Assembly (NCBI RefSeq): GCF_009914755.1
Contig: NC_060942.1
Length of the DNA stretch: 64,000 bases
Source of the DNA: the human T2T-CHM13v2.0 reference genome, Homo sapiens
Direction: 5' to 3' (one strand)
Every line of letters begins with the position of its first letter. The first letter of the stretch is position 1. Below are positions 1 through 16,320 of this stretch, piece after piece. A program made the translations under genes and the position numbers. The notes under the pieces are model-generated. The model had not been told where the DNA came from, did no database searches, and saw nothing but the letters and a program-made list of their open reading frames with translations.

Positions 1-2128
1 TGTCCTATTTGTCATAACCCCAGTATCATTTTATTGGGTAATTAATAATATGAATTATATAAAATTTTAGTACATTCCTAATTGCATTTACTCATCACGT
101 CAAATCTTTAAAATAATAGATTAAATCACAATAGGGGTAGGGCCTGGGAATGTGTATTTTCAGAAAGCTCCCTGGGTGATTCCGATAATGTTTGGGAACA
201 ACTAGACAAGATCCTTTCTATGCTTGAGTTATACTTGTGTGATTTAATTTGTGAGACTTACATGTTCTGTTAACATATGACTATGTTCAGTAACATTTTA
301 TTGTAATGTTTTTGTCATTATCTTTAGCAAATAGTTTTGCCTATCTTTAGGGCCACTGGAGATTCAAAGTAGTGTCAAACTTTCCCTCGCTTTCTAGAGC
401 AAGTATGTGCCAATGATGGCTGAGTAGTGCATCTGAAGTCAACCTTGTGGACCATAGTTTGTGATCCTTTGATTCTGTGTTTGTAGCACCTTTCAACACT
501 GTAAGAGAGGTTTGCATCTCCAAATGAATGAACTATATAAACTGCAGTTTATATAGTTTGTTTTTTCATGCCTGAGTGATTATTATATATATTCATATTT
601 AGCAACCCCCTGCGTCTACCCAATAAACAACCCAGCATCACACCTAACAGTGAGCATTTTTGGTGAAATACACTTGCTGCACAGACACAGAAGCCTTTTT
701 GCACAACACAGCTCAACAGATAACAGTTTCAAATTGCAGAATTTTAAAACTATGGTTCATTTGGCAACTATACAGTAGTGCCTGTAGCAACAAACATTAT
801 ATGAGGAAAAAAAAGACTATCATGTAAATTATATATAACTGTTAACATTAAGGTAGCATGATTGATTTAAACTAGTCACACTCGGGGGTAACTAGAGACT
901 CTCATTTTATCCTTATTCATACTCTGAGGCTTTTCATACTGTTGGAGGGTTCTGGGGTCAAATGAATGCCAGGGCATACATAGCCCATACAAAAGACAAG
1001 AAATCCAGGATTTTACAGCTCAAAGCTGGCTGCTCTATTATGTGTCCTTTTAAGTGTTTTCTTAAAATCTCTTTAAAATGCTATTAATTTATTTTTGCCC
1101 TGCTTTCTATTATATTCTTATTTACTTTTAGTGGATGATGGTTTTATTAATAGGACCCAATGGCAAAAAAAAAAGGAGAGATTTCAGAATTGCTGTTTAT
1201 TTACCCAAAGCTGCCTTCTATCTATGTCCAAGGGCCATTTTTGAGGCCCCTGTGATGGAATATGGTGGGTATATACTCATGGTCATATTGTGTATCCGAA
1301 AACAAAAGGTCTTGTAGCATGCTTTATTTAGAATTTTTATAGAAATTTCTTTGATTCTACATGTTACTTTATCAGCTTGGTTGTTGTTATCGAGTGTAAT
1401 AACAAAAGCCCTACAGAGAGATTTTTGGTACTGCTTGTTCCAAGGAGACAAGGAATCCTCTTGCTGGTTGCTTTATTTAGTAGTCAAAACATAAAACATT
1501 ATTCTGTAAATGCCAGAGAATGGGTTATTTTTGTAATGCACATTGGTCAGGTGAGGTTTACGTCCATCTATTGCATGGGCAGAAGAGAAGGGCCAATTGG
1601 AATTGGAACTCCTGGTAAATTATCAAGGAGCATATTGGGAGGTAAGTTGACTTTTCTTCAGTAAATGGGGAATATGCATTCCCTTAAGGTAAATTACATA
1701 GTCTGATTTAGGGAACTTTGGATGGTATTTTTAAAGTTTATCACAAGACTTTTATTGATAATATAGGAATAGGGCTCCTTTTCAAACTGCTATTATCAGT
1801 GGTAAGGGCTGGAAGATTTCTTACTTTACCTTTGACTGAAATGTTAAGAGTTGCCTTTAGTTAACTGAATGCTCATAGCAACTTTATTTGCAGTAGCCAC
1901 AAGTTGGAAACCATACAAATGTTCTTCAGTGGGTGAAGGTGAAATAAACTATGTAAATTTATGAAATGGAATACTACTCAGCAATGAAAAGGAAGGAAAT
2001 ATTGATACATGCAACAACTTAAATGAATCTTACAGACATTGTGCTGAATAAAATAAGCCGTCTCAAAAATTCTATCCTGTTTGGTTCCATTTCCATGGCA
2101 TTCCAGAAAAGATAAAACTAGCAATGGT

Positions 2129-2487
<359 letters not shown>

Positions 2488-2601
2488 TTAGGGTGATGGA
2501 ATTATGTTGTATCTTGATTGTGATGGTTAAAAGAATCTATACATGTGTTAAAATTCATAGAACTATATACACCCCCAAAAGTCAACTTTTCTATATAGTA
2601 A

Positions 2602-2900
2602 TTTTTTTTTTTTTTTTTTTGAGACGGAGTCTCGCTCTGTCGCCCAGGCTGGAGTGCAGTGGCCCGATCTCTGCTCACTGCAAGCTCCGCCTCCCAGGTT
2701 CACGCCATTCTCCTGCCTCAGCCTCCTGAGCAGCTGGAACTACAGGTGCCTGCCACAATGCCTGGCTAATTTTTTGTATTTTTAGTAGAGACAGGGTTTC
2801 ACCGTGTTAGCCAGGATGGTCTCCATCCCTGACCTCGTGATCGGCCCACCTCAGCCTCCCAAAGTGCTGTGATTATAGGTGTGAGCCATTACTCCCGGCC
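2602..2900 (-). mobile_element. AluY
   Basis: AluY diagnostics (gcaagctccgcc, cacgccattctcc, gtgttagccaggatgg). TSD tctatatagtaa / tctgtatactaa. Confidence 0.95.
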
Positions 2901-3075
2901 TCTGTATACTAAATTTTAAAATTAAAAACATTCGCATGACAAGTTTTTCTTGCCATTGATCTCTGGCATCTTTCATATTGATGCCATATTGTATTTTCCA
3001 AAGAACATATTGATAATTATTTCTATGAACTCATCATTTATCATGCTATAGAGCAGCAATTCTCAAGCATTGTGA

Positions 3076-3387
<312 letters not shown>

Positions 3388-3764
3388 ACATTCTTAACTG
3401 TTATTGAGGACCCCAAAGAAGTTTTATATAGGTCGTATCTGTTTAATGTCATATCTATTAATGTTTACTGTAATATGTAAATATTTATTAATTTAAAAGT
3501 AATAAACCTATTATAAACAATATATTTTTATGAAAAATTGCAATATTTCCTACAAAAAAAACTTAGAAAAATATCATTGTTTTATATTTTTGCAAATCTT
3601 TTTAATCTCTGGCTTAAAAGAAGACAGCTGTATTCTCATTTCTTCTGCATTCACTCTTCTGTGATGTCACATGTTGTGTACCTCCTGGAAAATCTCACTA
3701 TATTCTCATGAGAGAATGAGAATGAAAAAGGCAAATAACACCTTCATATTATTGTGAAAATATT

Positions 3765-5158
3765 TTTTAAATTTTTTAAAATAATTTCAACTTTTATTTT
3801 AGATTCAGGGGCACATGTGTAGGTTTGTTTCCTGGGTATATCTTGTGATGCTGAGGTTTGGGGTACAAATGACCCTATCACCCAGGTACTGAGAATAGTA
3901 CCCAATAGTTTTTCAACCCTTGCCCTGTCCCTCACTCCCACCTTCTAGTAGTTCCCAGTGTCTATTACCTTCTTTATGTACAGACTACCCAACGTTTAGT
4001 TCCCACTTACAAGTGAGAACATGTGCTATTTGGTTTTCTTTTCCTGCATTAATTTGCTTAGGATAATGGCCTCCAGTGGCATCCATGTTGCTAAAAAGGA
4101 CATCATTCCATTCTTTTTTATGGCTGTGTAGTATTTCATAGTGTATACTTGCCATATTTCCTTTGTCCAGTATACCACTGATGGGCACCTAGGTCGATTC
4201 CATGCCTTCGCTATTGTGAATAGTGTTGCAGTGAGCCTGTGAGTGCATGAGTCTTTCTGGCAGAATGATTTGTTTCTTTGGGATATACACCTAATAGTGG
4301 GATTGCTGGGTCGAACGGTAGTGCTGTTTTAAGTTCTTTGAGAAATCTTCAGACTGCTTTCCACAGTGGCTGAACTAATTTACATTCACAATAGCAGTGT
4401 ATAAGTGTTCCTTTTTCTCTACAGTCTCGCCAGCAACTGTTGTGTTTTGACTTTTAAAATAGTAGCCATTCTGACTAGTGTGAGATGGTATCTCATTACG
4501 GTTTTGATTTGCATTTCTCTGATGATTAGTGATACTGAGCATTTTTTCATGTTTTTTGGCTACTGTCTGTCTTCTTTTCAGTTCCTGTCTTTTGCCCACT
4601 TTTTAATGGGGTTGTTTTTTGCTTGTTTAACTGTTTTAGCTCTCTATAGATTCTGAATATTAGACCTTTGTCAGATGTATAGTTTGTGAATATATTCTTC
4701 TGTTGTGTAGGTTGTCTGTTTACTCTGTTGATAGTTTCCTTTGCTGTGCAGGAGCTCTTTAATTAGTTCCCACTTGTCAATTTTTTGTTCTGTTGCAATT
4801 GCTTTTGAGGACTTAATCGTAAATTATTTCCCAAGGCCGATGTCCAGAATGATATTTCCTAGGTTTTCTTCTAAGATTCTTATAGTTTGAGGTCTTACAT
4901 TTAAATATTTCTTCCATCCGTCTTGAGTTAATTTTTGTATATGGTAAAAGGTAGCCGGTTACCCAATCATCATTATTGAACAGGAACTCCTGTCCCTATT
5001 ACTCATTTTTGTTGATTTTCTTGAAGATCAGATGACAGTAGGTGTGTGGCTTTATCTTTGGGTTTTCTATTTTTTCCATTGGTCTATGTGTCTGTTTTGT
5101 ACCAGGACCATGCTGTTTTGGTTACTGTAACCTTATAGTATAGTTTGAAGTTTGGTAA
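3765..5158 (-). mobile_element. 5'-truncated L1PA (about PA13-16), 3' 1.4 kb
   Basis: Reverse L1 3'UTR and ORF2 tail. gtgaaaata occurs on both flanks. Confidence 0.9.
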
Positions 5159-6349
5159 GAAAAAAGTGAAAATACTTTTTGCATCCTTGTACCACACTTT
5201 AAGAACCACTGCTTTTGAGATAGACACGTAGGCTGGTCCTTACCTTGTATCTTCAGTAGCACTGGCCGTGTGTGTTGATTCACCAGTGGACCTTGGTTTT
5301 CTTAAAGGAGATTTCAGCCACAATCTTTAACTAACCAACATGAGGTCCTATAAATTTATAGGACTTTGGTACCATATATTGGACTACTCTCAGTTCTAAA
5401 ATTTTGTATTATATTCATGGTTCATTTGCAAGATATTTTTTGGCATACTGTAAATATATCCTCATAGTGTCTTTCTCGTCTTGTGCCAGATTTTTGAAGC
5501 TTCATAAGTACATGCTTGAATGAAATTAAAATATGGATTATAAATCTAAGAATGACTGTGGATGGTCCACAATACAAGAAAGAGCTAACAACTAACTCAG
5601 AGTTCTATTGTTCTAATCCCATAAATGTCCTCCAAATTATACTTGTTTCATCAGTATATGTATGTTGGGCCTCTTGTCTGTGTACCTCCACATGGAAGGC
5701 ATTGCCAGGGATTCAGAGTAGAGTAAGGCCTGGTCTCTGCCCTTAGGAAACTAATCATGTAGTGGACAATCTTCGTACTTTGGTTTATACCTGTCTTCCT
5801 TAGTTTATATTGAACTGACATTTTTGTCTTCCCATATGTTTACCTTGTCTTACATTAAAAAGTTAAAAGGACTTATTCTACATTGAAATAGACATTAACT
5901 GACTTAAAGAGCTATTTTATTTGTTGAAGGTCATACAGAAATTCTCAAGGTCTTTGTAGGATTTGAGCAATAGAACGCTAATTTAGCTGTTTAGTGATCA
6001 CTACAGTAGAGTGTTTTATTTAGTATAGCTTCATCATCATCCTCTTTTTTCTTAACTTTCCCTCAGTTGCTGCTGCTTCTGGACAGAATTGAAGATATTT
6101 TAATTAATGAAATTCCAGCTTTTTCTTTTTTAGTAAAGGAGCAAATTAAAATCTAGTAACACCTTCTAGTATGAAGTGTACCTTCACTCAAAATGAGATC
6201 TGCTCTAATCCCTAATTATATACCAGGATCACATCTTTGTGTGAAGCACCTGCCTTTCTCTGGAGTTCATATTTTAATGTGCCCATCAGGGAATACTGCT
6301 TAGAGGTCCCCAGAGATCTCAAATCCAAATGTCTCTTGCATCAGTACCT

Positions 6350-7100
6350 CTTACATCTTCAGACCCTTCCTCTCCACTCTCATTCCTTCTCTTCTGCCTA
6401 TAAGCTTGCTCAAGGATCCTTCTCCTTAAAACAAAACAAAAAAACCCTCATTTTTGCCTTGCTATTGAGCTACTGCCCCATGTTTTTCTTTTTTCCATAT
6501 TTCTTGAGAGCATAAGCTGTATTTTCTGTTTCTTTACCTTCCATTTATTCCTGGTCTACTATATCACTCAACTAAAACCATGCTCCGATGGTCACTAGTA
6601 TCCTGCTAATTCTCAAATCTTTTTACTTTTTAATCCTCATCTTACTTGACTTCTCAATAGTAGGTGACATAGCTAACCTTTCTGATATCTCTCTCGTTCC
6701 CATGTTTTCTTGACACTATTCTTTCTTTCTCTGCTTATCTCCCTATTGGAGATTATTTCTCTGTTGGATTTTGCTTCCTTTGCCTCTGCATACTGTTTAA
6801 ATATTGACAGTTTCATCCTCTTTCTCCTTCTCAACAGACCTCTTTCTCTGTGGGAAACTTAATTCATTCCCATGGCTAGATCATATCTCTATGCCAGTAA
6901 CTCTACAATCTTTATCTCAGGTCCCAGCTTTTCCCTCCTGAGGTCCAAACCTGTCCTTATAACTGTGTGATAATATAACTAGCCCAAGTGATTTACACAT
7001 CCCTCAAATTCAACATCTCCAGATCCAATCCAATTATCTCTACCCCGCCCCTGACCTACTTTTTCTCTATAATTCTCAGCAATTATAACATCTATCTCTT
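6350..7100 (+). mobile_element. L2 fragment
   Basis: L2 RT-region motif ggtcactagtatcc...cctcatcttacttgacttctca. The 3' tail resumes at about 7730-7935. Confidence 0.65.
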
Positions 7101-7194
7101 CAGCTAGTCTATAATAACTTATTGAACACCTTCTATGTACTAGATATTGCTCTTAAGCCTTTTAAATGTTTTCTCATTTAATAGTAACATAAAT

Positions 7195-7450
7195 AATGAT
7201 AATAATGGAAGCCAGCATTTAGGTAGTGTATATGTGCTGAGCATTCTTTTATACATCTTATATTAATTCGTTTAATCCTCACAACAACTCTGTGAGTTAC
7301 ATACTATTAATAAGTTGTTTTATAGATGAGGAAATGAGGCCCAGAGAGGTTAAGTAACTTGGTTAAGAAATTACATCTATCAGAACTTAGAAATAGCTAT
7401 AGAATAGCCAGTTCTGTCTGACACCAAAGCTAATGTTCTTAACCACTCTG
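7195..7450 (-). mobile_element. MIR
   Basis: MIR core tttaatcctcacaacaactctgtgag...gatgaggaaatgaggcccagagaggttaagtaactt. Confidence 0.85.
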
Positions 7451-7960
7451 CTGCCCTTAGTGCTCCTCGGGGTGAGACTCTTCTCTTTCCTACACCACAC
7501 ATCTAAGTTACATCTTTCTATCTATTGTTGTCCAGAGACCATTATTCTACCCAGTACATCTAAGGGATTTGGCATAAGTAAATTAATCACTATGATGGTC
7601 ACATTTTTTGAAGCCAGGAACCATGCCAGTGTCTTTGCATAATAAATACTAGTAAATTATTATTCCTTTTTACTGACTTTTCTTACCTCACTCCCTTCAT
7701 GACCCCGCCCCCATTCTCCTCTTCTTGCAAGCTTCCTGTTTTTGTTACCTGCTTCATGTAGCACTTTGCATACTGCCATCGTAACACCTGCCACATTATG
7801 TATTCATTGTTTAGTTGCCTATTTCTTCCTTTTTACCTGTAAATGTCCAAAGGTAGTCATTTACTCCTTTGTGTACCTCCATGCCTGAATACAGAACCGA
7901 CACATAGTAGGCTGTCAGATAATATTATTGGATATATGGAAATAAAATTTATATTGATAA

Positions 7961-8337
<377 letters not shown>

Positions 8338-11236
8338 AAAATGTTGTTCTTTAAACACTTCGGTCTCAAAATTTTTGTTCATTCACAGGTCCATTGCAGA
8401 GAAATATGAAGATTTAGTTGGGATGTTTAGGAAAATTATCTTTAAGACGAGTTCTAAGCAGTATGGTATGTGACACCTGGCTTGTATTCATTGGCAGCCA
8501 AGTATGCCCAGAAATGGTAACTAGAAAGTAGTACAACCTAAGAAATCATGAATTCTTCCTTTCAAATAGCAGGTGGAATTTAAATGCTAGTTTATGGTTA
8601 TTATTGGACCTGCCTTTGCTACTTGAGTCACTTAGCACATCAGTAGATCTGTAATATTTCATTTACAGACCAAGTAGACGATTTTTGCTAGATTGATTTA
8701 TTGAGATGAGCGACTAACTAAAACAAGTTAAATCTCATTGTCTCATCCCTGCATTAATTTTAACGTGAATTTAGTTGGGTTAAATGGACATTTGTTTTTA
8801 TTATGTCAAAGATGAGACTTTTCCTCCAGTAAAGCAGAATAATGTATCTATATGGTGTTCTAACTTGAACAGTACATAAAGATTAGTAAATAAGGCCCCA
8901 TTAAAAATACTTATAATGTAAGTAACATGAGTCCCAGTAGCATTTCTAATGTCCATTAATGCTTATTCGGAGGATCAGAGCTCATTTTACTGAGCCATTT
9001 AGTCAAACTGTGTGATTATTTAGAAAGTTAATTCATGCATACTAAAACCTAGCTTAAGTAATGCAGAGGGTAGGAGGTAAAACTCTATGGAGATGATAGT
9101 CCTTTTTGTTATTTAATGATCAGCCATAATTAACTTGCAAATTTGAAATAATTAGAACAAATTAAAGGTATTTAACTTTGCCTCCCTAAAGAAAAATTCA
9201 AATTGCACCAAATGCAGCTTTAAATTATTCAAGTCTCAGAGGTCTAGGCTAGATTTTTTTTTTATAATGCCTTTTCTATGATGAGAATACCAATCTGCTC
9301 TTTGTCAGAAGGCATCCTATCAAGTAATTGTTCTTTGTGTTAATAAATGACAGCTATTCTTCTTTGTAAAAGTATTTCAGTCTCCCAAGACTACAACAGC
9401 ATTTCCATGGCATTTTAATTCAATAAAACAAAAGGTTAATGTTTTTCTACTTTTTAAGGAATGCAAATACATATGGTATTCAATTGGTCCTGAATGACAT
9501 TTAAAATTTGCCATTAAAGCTCAGACAGACTATCGCGATATAAGATTTGGGCAAAATAGCAAGAAAAGTTCAAGGTGCTCTGAATTACCAGAATTTCATT
9601 AAACTTCAAGAACTGAGAATGTTTTTTCTTTCCCCACCCTAAATCAGGGCTACTCAAAAATTTTCATTTAGTATTTTATAATATTAAAATATGGAAATAG
9701 AGTTCAGTAAAATCTTAGGAACTTAAGGGTGACTTACAGTGTAGCAAGCCTAAATGCTAGGGATTTAACCTGTCTTCTGCTATCTTGATATTGATTATTT
9801 TTTCATCACTTTTAACAGCTCCATCAGATGCTAAATAAGAATGACAGAAAACTGTTTCTAATAATTCCATCCATATCAGTGAATGATGTTGTTCTATTAA
9901 CAAATAATTCATTGTATGCATTTTATCTAGACTGTGTGAACTGATAAGAAACACTGATCATCTGACAATTAGGTTTTGACTTTATGGTGCCTAGCACAGT
10001 GAATGGTTCAAAGTACCTGGTCAGTGAATGTTTCTTCAGTGTGTTATCTGGGTGCTTTTAGTTTAGGAAATAATTTACATAGTTCTTAATTTTGATACAT
10101 CTCAGTATATTTAAAAGTTCTTTGGTGAAAGTTTTTCTGCATTTGTCTTCAACTTTATTGTTAATCAACTTTACTTAAATATAACTTGCATTCAGTGAAA
10201 GGCACATATCAAGCTTGATGTGTTTTAACAAAGGAATATACTTGTGTATTTAACACCAAACCCCAATTACAACAGAAAGTATTCATCACCCCACAAAGCA
10301 CCTTATACCACTTTTTGATGAGTTTCCCTCCAAAGATCCCTAGCCCATGCAACCAATAATCTGTTATATATCACTTGAAATATTATTGTGTGTTCTAAAT
10401 CTTCATATAAGTAGAATCATACAATATGCGTAAGTCTGATACCTTTTACTCACCATAATGTTTTGGAGATATAGCCAAATTGCTGCGTGTTTCAGTATTC
10501 CATTACTTTTTTATAACTTAGAAGTAATTCATTGTATAAGTATATTACAACTTGTTTATCAGTGCATCTGTTGATGGACATATGGATTGTTTTCAAATTT
10601 TGGCAAAACAAAAGACAACTGAGCTGCTGTGAACATTTGTGTACATGTCTTTAGTGGACATGTTTTCTTTCTCTTAAGTAAATATCTAGGAGTGAAATTA
10701 CTGTATCATATTGTAAGTTTATTTTCAACTGTACATGAAACTGCCAAACTGTTTTCCAAAGCTATATAACAATTCTCTCAGCAAAGCAGCAGAATTCCAG
10801 TTGCTCCATGTCCTTGCCAAGGCTTGGTATTATGACTTTAATTTTAAACATTTTAATGGATATGAAATAGCATCTCATTGTGGTTTTAGTGTGCAGTTCT
10901 CCTGATGATGTTTATTGGCCATTCATATAACTTTTTGTGAAATATTTGTTCAAATCTTTTAACCAGTTTTAATTGGATAAACAACTCAATTATTGAACAT
11001 AGAGTTCTTTGAATATTTTGGATACAAAGTCTTCATCAGATGTATTGTGAATATTTTCTCCCAGTATGTGACTTAACTTGTTATGTCTTTAATGGTGTTT
11101 TTGAAGAGCAGGAATTTTTAATATTGATGAAAGTTAGAAAGATATTCTGTTGTGTTTTGCTGTAGAAGTTATATAGTTTTAACTTTTACATTTAAGTCTA
11201 TGATCTATATTAAGTACATTTTTGTGTGTAGTATGA

Positions 11237-11570
<334 letters not shown>

Positions 11571-11677
11571 CCATTCTTTTCCATACAGATATTCTGTTTC
11601 TCCAGCACTATTTGTTGAAAAAAACTTTTTTCTTCACTGAATTGCCTGATACATTTTCAAAGGTCAGTTGAATGTGT

Positions 11678-11711
<34 letters not shown>

Positions 11712-11723
11712 CCCACACACACA
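11678..11723. repeat. Imperfect (CA)n microsatellite
   Basis: Read directly from the sequence. Confidence 0.95.
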
Positions 11724-12017
11724 GATTTATGGACTTCTGTTTCATTGATCTGTATGTCCATTCTTATATCAATGCCACACACTGGGTTACTTGAGCTTTA
11801 TAGTAAATCTTGAAATTAGGTATAGTAAACCTTCAAGCCTTACTTTTTTATTAAAAATTATTTTTTCTGTTCTAGGTTCTCTACATTTTAGATCTAGTTT
11901 ATCAGTTTCTATTAAGGAAATTGAATTATGATTCAATCAATTTGGGGAGAACTGACACCCTAAAAAATATTGAGTTTTCCAGTCCATGAAAATAGTTTAT
12001 TTCTGGATTTACTTTGG

Positions 12018-12329
12018 TTTTTTTTTTTTGTTTTTTTTTTGTTTTTTAAGGCAGAGTCTTGCTCTGTCCCCCAGCCTGGAGTGAAGTGGCATGATCTTGG
12101 CTTACTGCAACCTCCGCCTCCCAGGCTCAAGCAATTCTCGTGCCTCATCCTCTGCACTAGCTGGGATTACAGGCATGTGCCACCACAGTTGGCCAATTTT
12201 TGTATTTTTAGTAGCAATGGGATTTTGCCGTGTTGGTCAGGCTGGTCTCGAACTCCTGGCCTCAAGTAATCTCCCTGCCCTGGCTTCCCAAAGTGCTGGG
12301 ATTACAGGTGTGAGCCACCATGCCCGGCC
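12018..12329 (-). mobile_element. Alu (J or old S)
   Basis: Reverse Alu with ctcctggcctcaagt. Confidence 0.93.
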
Positions 12330-13612
12330 TACTTAGATATTTTTAAATTTAACTCAGCAATGCCATATAGTTTCCAGTTTACCAGTCTTACACATTTTTT
12401 GTGGAATTTAATGATATAGAAAGACTATTGGTTTTTGAAGACTTAGTTTATATATTGCAATTTGTTAAATGGATGTAGTCTACCAGTGTTTAAGTTTTTG
12501 TAGATTCCTTAGGATATTGAAATTCACAATCTCATTGCCTGTGAATAATAACAGCTTTATTGATGCCTTTCCAAGCTTTATGCCTTTTTTTCTTTCTTTT
12601 TTTTTTTTTTTTTTGCTTATTTTATTGTCTAAGACTTTCAAAACAATATGAAAGTGTTAAAGAAGACATCCTTATATTGTTCCCAATCTTAGGGAAAAGG
12701 CATTCAGTAATTAACCAGTAAGTAAAATGTTAAATACAAGTTTTTGGTAGATGTCCTCTATAAAATTGAAATAAGTTTCCTTTTATTCCTAGTTTACTGG
12801 GAGTTTTTAATCATAACTTTATCAAATGCTTTTTCGGCATTTATTGATATAATCATGTGGTTTTGCTCCTTTTTTCTTTTAGTGGTACCACTTACCTGAA
12901 TTTATTTTTGAATGTTAAGCCAATGTTATATTTTGAAAAAATACTAACTTGGCCGTGATATGGTACCATTTTATATTATTTTATAATAACTTAGGTATTA
13001 CACAGTAACAAAATACGTTGCAAAGTATTTCCTCCTCTTCTATATACTGAAAGTTTATGTAGGATTGGCAGTATTTCTTTCTTATATGTGATAAAATTTA
13101 CCAGTGAAGCTATCTGGGCAGTTTTCTTTGTGGGAACATCTTTGATTATGAATTCAATTTCTGTAACAGATATGAAGCTACTCATATTTTCTCTTTCTTC
13201 TTGAGTTAGTTTTGACAAGTTATATTTTTTAAAAAATGTGTGCATTCATTTCATTAAATATATTGGCATAAAGTTGTTCATGATATAACCTTAATGTCAT
13301 TTTACTGTCTGTAGGCTCTATAGTGATACCATCTCTGATTCCTAACTTGAGTTTTCTCCTTTTCTTAGTTTGTCTTGGTAGAGGGGTTTACCACTTGTAT
13401 TAATCTTTTCAAGAGGCCAATTTTATGTTTCTTTTGTGTTTTTATTTGTCTATTTTATGGATTTCTACTCTTTACTGTTTCCTTCCTTCTCCTTACCTTA
13501 TATCTAGTTTGCTCTTCCTTTTCTTGCTTCATAAGATAGAATATTACATCACTGATTTTAAACTCTTTTCTAATACCAGCACTGAAATTATTTTTCCTCT
13601 AAGCACTGCTTC

Positions 13613-13900
13613 TTTTGTTGTTGTTGAGACAGGGTCTAAGTCTGTCACCCAGAATGGAGTTCAGTGGTACAATCTTGGATCTCTACCTCGCCTGACTCAG
13701 GTGGTCCTTCCACCTCAGCCTCCTGAGTAGCTGGGACTACAGGCAAACACCACCACACCCAGCTAATTTTTGTATTTTTTTGTAGAGTTGGGGTTTCGCC
13801 ATGTTGCCCAGACTGGTCTTGAACCCCTGGTTTGAAGTTATCCTCCTGTCTCCACATCCCAAAGTGTGGGGATTACAGGCGTGATCCACCATACCCAGCC
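13613..13900 (-). mobile_element. AluJ
   Basis: Diverged reverse Alu. TSD agcactgcttcttt / agtactgcctcttt. Confidence 0.92.
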
Positions 13901-14023
13901 AGTACTGCCTCTTTATCCCTCAAATTTTAATATGTTATATTTTTTATCATTCCTTAAAAAATATTTACTAACTTATCCTGTGATTTTTCTTTACCTATGG
14001 GTTATTTAGAAGTGTGTTTAATA

Positions 14024-14301
14024 GGCCGGTTTTGGTGGCTCATGCCTGTAATCTCAACATTTTCAAAGGCTGAGGTGGGTGGATGGCTTGAGCCCAGGAG
14101 TTTGAGACCAGTCTGGGCAACGTGGTGAAAACCCATCTCTACAAAAAATACAAAAAGTAGCCAGGCATGATGGTACATGCCTATAGCCCTAGCTGCTCAG
14201 CGGAAGTGGAGGTTGCAGTGAGCCATGATCGCACCACTGCATTCCTACCTGGGCAACAGGGTGAGAATCAGTCTCACAAAAATAAAGAAAGAAAAAAAAA
14301 A
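14024..14301 (+). mobile_element. AluJ with a deletion of about 30 bp in the right arm
   Basis: gcttgagcccaggagtttgag. agctgctcag is joined directly to cggaagtggagg. TSD aagtgtgtttaata / aagtatgttaaata. Confidence 0.92.
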
Positions 14302-15151
14302 GTATGTTAAATAATTTCCAAATACTAGAGAGATTTTTCTAGATTTTTTTTATTTTTAGTTTAACTCCAGTGTGGTCAGATAACATATTCTGTAAGTTTT
14401 TATTCTTTAGAAATGTATTGAACTTTATTTTATAACACAACGTGTGATCTGTCTTGGTCAGTATTCCATGTGTACTTATAAAAATGTATAGTCTGCTGTT
14501 GAGTGTAGTGTTCTGTACATGTCACTTCGATCAAATTGATCAATAGTATTGTTCACTTCTTCTTTAGCCTGCTGAATTCAGGGGGTTTATTTTTTGGTAC
14601 TATCAACTGATAAAAAAGAAATGTTAAAATATCCAAATATGATTTTAATTTCTCTACTTTTTCCTTCAGATTTATCAGTTTTATGACATGTATTTTGAAG
14701 CATTGTTCTAGATGCATATGTGTTTATGATTATTATGTCTACCTGATTATTTGCCCCTTTTATCATGATGAAATATTTCTCTTTATCTCTGGTAACACTC
14801 TTGCTTAATATTTAATGTATTTGATATTATATAATCATTCCAGCCTTTCATGTGTACTGTTTTCAGGGCCTATCTCTTTTCATCCTTTTATGTTAACCTA
14901 TTTATTATTTTATTTTTAAAGTGTTAACTCTTGTGAACAACGTGTGATTTTGTTCTGCATTTTTCTCTAGTCTGACAATCTATTCCATTTGAGTGCTTAA
15001 TCCATTTAAATTTAACTTAATTATTGATACTGTTGAACTTAGGTCTACCATTTTGCTTCCCCCGCTCCCAATTTATTAGTTTATCTTTTTTTGTTTATTC
15101 ATTGCTGTTTCTCCTTTTCTGCTCCTTTTTTTGGGGAAATGGGAGGATAAT

Positions 15152-15716
15152 ACTTTTTTTTTCGGTTTTTAAACTTGTACATTCAGGGATACATGTGCAG
15201 GTTTGTTATATAGAAACTTGTATCATGGGGGTTTGTTTTACAGATTATTTTGTCACCCAGGTACTCAGCCTAGTACCCAATATTTATTTTTTCTTCTCCT
15301 CTACCTCCTCCCGTCCTGCACCCTCAAGTAGGCCTCAGTGTCTATTGTTCCCCTCTTTGTGTCCATGTGTTCTCATCATTTAGCTCCCACTTATAAGTGA
15401 GAGCATGCAGTATTTGGTTTTCTGTTCCTGCATTAGGTTGCTAAGGATAATGGCCTCCAGCTCCATCCATGTTCCCACAAAAGACATGATCTTCTTCTTT
15501 TTATTGCTGCATAGTATTCTGTGGTATATATGTACCACATTTTTTAAATTCATTGATGGGCATTTAGGTTGATTCCATGTGTTTGCTATTTTGCATAGTG
15601 CTGCAGTGAACATTGGCATGCATGTGTCTTTATGGTAGAATGATTTATATTCCTCTGGGTGTATACACAATAATGGGGTTGCTGGGTCAAATGGTAGTTC
15701 TGTTTTTAGCTCCTTC
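15152..15716 (-). mobile_element. 5'-truncated L1PA 3' end
   Basis: Reverse L1PA 3'UTR. TSD aggataat at 15144 and 15717. Confidence 0.9.
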
Positions 15717-15929
15717 AGGATAATTCCTCTATTATCTTATTAGCTATGTGGCGTTGCATTTTCTTTGGTGATTTCTGTAGAGATTACAATATGTGTCCCT
15801 AACTTACTACAGTCTACATAGTGTTAACGCTGTGCAACTTTACGTAGAATGTAAGGCCTTTTTTATTGCTAACCTATATTTACTTCCCCATTCTTTGTGA
15901 CATTATTGTCATATACATTAGATCTTAAT

Positions 15930-16320
15930 ACTCCAAATCTCATGTTGAAATCTGATCCCCAGTTTTGGAGATGGGACCTAATGGAAGGTGTTTGTGTCAT
16001 GGGATTAGAACCTTAATGAGTAGATTAACTCCCTCAGGAGTGAGTGAGTTCTTACTCTGTTAGCTCCCATGAAAGCTGGTTGTTCAGAAGAGCTGACATC
16101 TCACCCCTCTCCTTCCCACCTCTCACCATGTACTATCTGCACAGTACAGCTCCCCTTTGCCTTCTGCCATTAATGGAAACAGACTGAGGCACTCACCAGG
16201 TGCACATATCCAATCTTAAACTGTCCAGCCATCAGAATTGTGGGCCAAATAAACCTTTTTACTTTAAGAATTAATGAGTCTCAGGCATTCCTTTATAGCA
16301 ACACAAAACAGACAAAGACA
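15930..16320 (+). mobile_element. MST-family (MaLR) solo LTR
   Basis: ccaaatctcatgttgaaatctgatcccc ... aataaacc ... ctttatagcaacacaaaacagacaaagaca. Confidence 0.85.

Noticed and set aside
1132-1647. Strong-looking acceptor (1131) and donors (1551, 1642)
   Set aside because: Immediate stop in the phase needed (T GGA TGA) and no coherent exon. Such sites are common in introns.
5231-5260. ggctggtcc resembling a Y RNA 5' end
   Set aside because: No similarity beyond 9 nt. No tRNA, snRNA or snoRNA was recognised in the window.
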